A stretch of DNA of 64,000 nucleotides from Takakia lepidozioides (lineage: Eukaryota > Plantae > Bryophyta), in assembly GCA_030704615.1 (NCBI GenBank), contig CM060733.1, forward strand, positions 33,914,001-33,978,000, written 5' to 3'. The translations under genes and the position numbers were made by a program. The notes below the pieces were generated by a model. That model was not told the DNA's origin. It did no database searches and worked only from the letters and a program-made list of their open reading frames with translations. This document shows, one piece after another, positions 63,440 through 64,000 of this stretch. The first letter of the stretch is position 1; every line of letters begins with the position of its first letter.

Positions 63440-63549
63440 CTACAGCCAAGAGATCCCGGTCCTCCCTTCCTACACTTACCTGGGCGTTGAGTTTTCCTCC
63501 AATTGTAATTGGGATGCACATATCCGGAAAGTTGTTCAAACTGGCAAGG
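63440..63549 (+). mobile_element. Inverted internal LINE fragment
   Basis: Encodes EIPVLPSYTYLGVEFSSNCNWDAHIRKVVQTGK and matches 37565-37625. Flanked by (CT)n and (GA)n. Confidence 0.75.
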
Positions 63550-64000
63550 AGAGAGAGGGAGAGAGAGAGGGAGAGAGCAGGAGAGAGAGGGAGAGGGAGA
63601 GAGTGGACAAAGTTATAGAGGCAAAGACAAGTTGCAAGGGAGGGAGACAGTATTTAGATAATGAAGATCCTCCAGTCTACAGCTATTTGACTCCCTGTCC
63701 ATCAGATTGTTCCTGCCCAAGCCATGTCTCTCCCCTCCCATTGTGCATGTCTCCATGATCACCTGAAGCCTTGTCTTGAAGTGGATTCTTGAAGGTGGCT
63801 ACAAATTCAACTATTGTGTCTAGTTTCACTGCCAACCATTCTTTTGAGTGAAATGACAGTGTTGTTGTTGAACTGTTTTGTCCAAATATTTAAATCAGGT
63901 TGGGTGGTTGGCCATGGCAGGTTGTAGCAAAGCTGCCAAGGGACCTGTCTGTGAAGCTACCCAACATTAAGACCACCGGGGAGGTAACAATTCCACTAAT

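Overview
Eukaryotic nuclear DNA from a land plant, probably a non-seed lineage (inferred from gene style, not established). The left third (1-~24.2 kb) has no recognisable host gene. It begins with an ~11 kb array of 2.2-2.7 kb apparently non-coding units: three head-to-tail copies plus one diverged inverted copy, delimited by long purine/pyrimidine foldback hairpins. Next come a decayed PIF/Harbinger element nested in a decayed hAT element, an orphan BED finger, an L1-like RT relic, a Tc1/pogo-type MITE and SINE-like repeats. The right two-thirds holds six intron-containing genes: a LEA-repeat/LysM membrane protein (-), a REX1-B-domain protein (-) head-to-head with a ~26-exon phosphatidylinositol 4-kinase alpha (+), an acidic MPSGPKKRKAA...CCG protein (+), and a peptidyl-tRNA hydrolase (-) head-to-head with a possible BORCS7-like first exon (+). 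Introns and intergenic DNA carry several truncated copies of a (CT)n-associated RTE/RTEX-like LINE, an RLE-type LINE 3' end whose terminal hairpin is shared with short repeats, and a possible 73-bp mini-Helitron. The best candidate for an undescribed system is the hairpin-delimited array at 1-11060. All calls were made by eye, without database searches.
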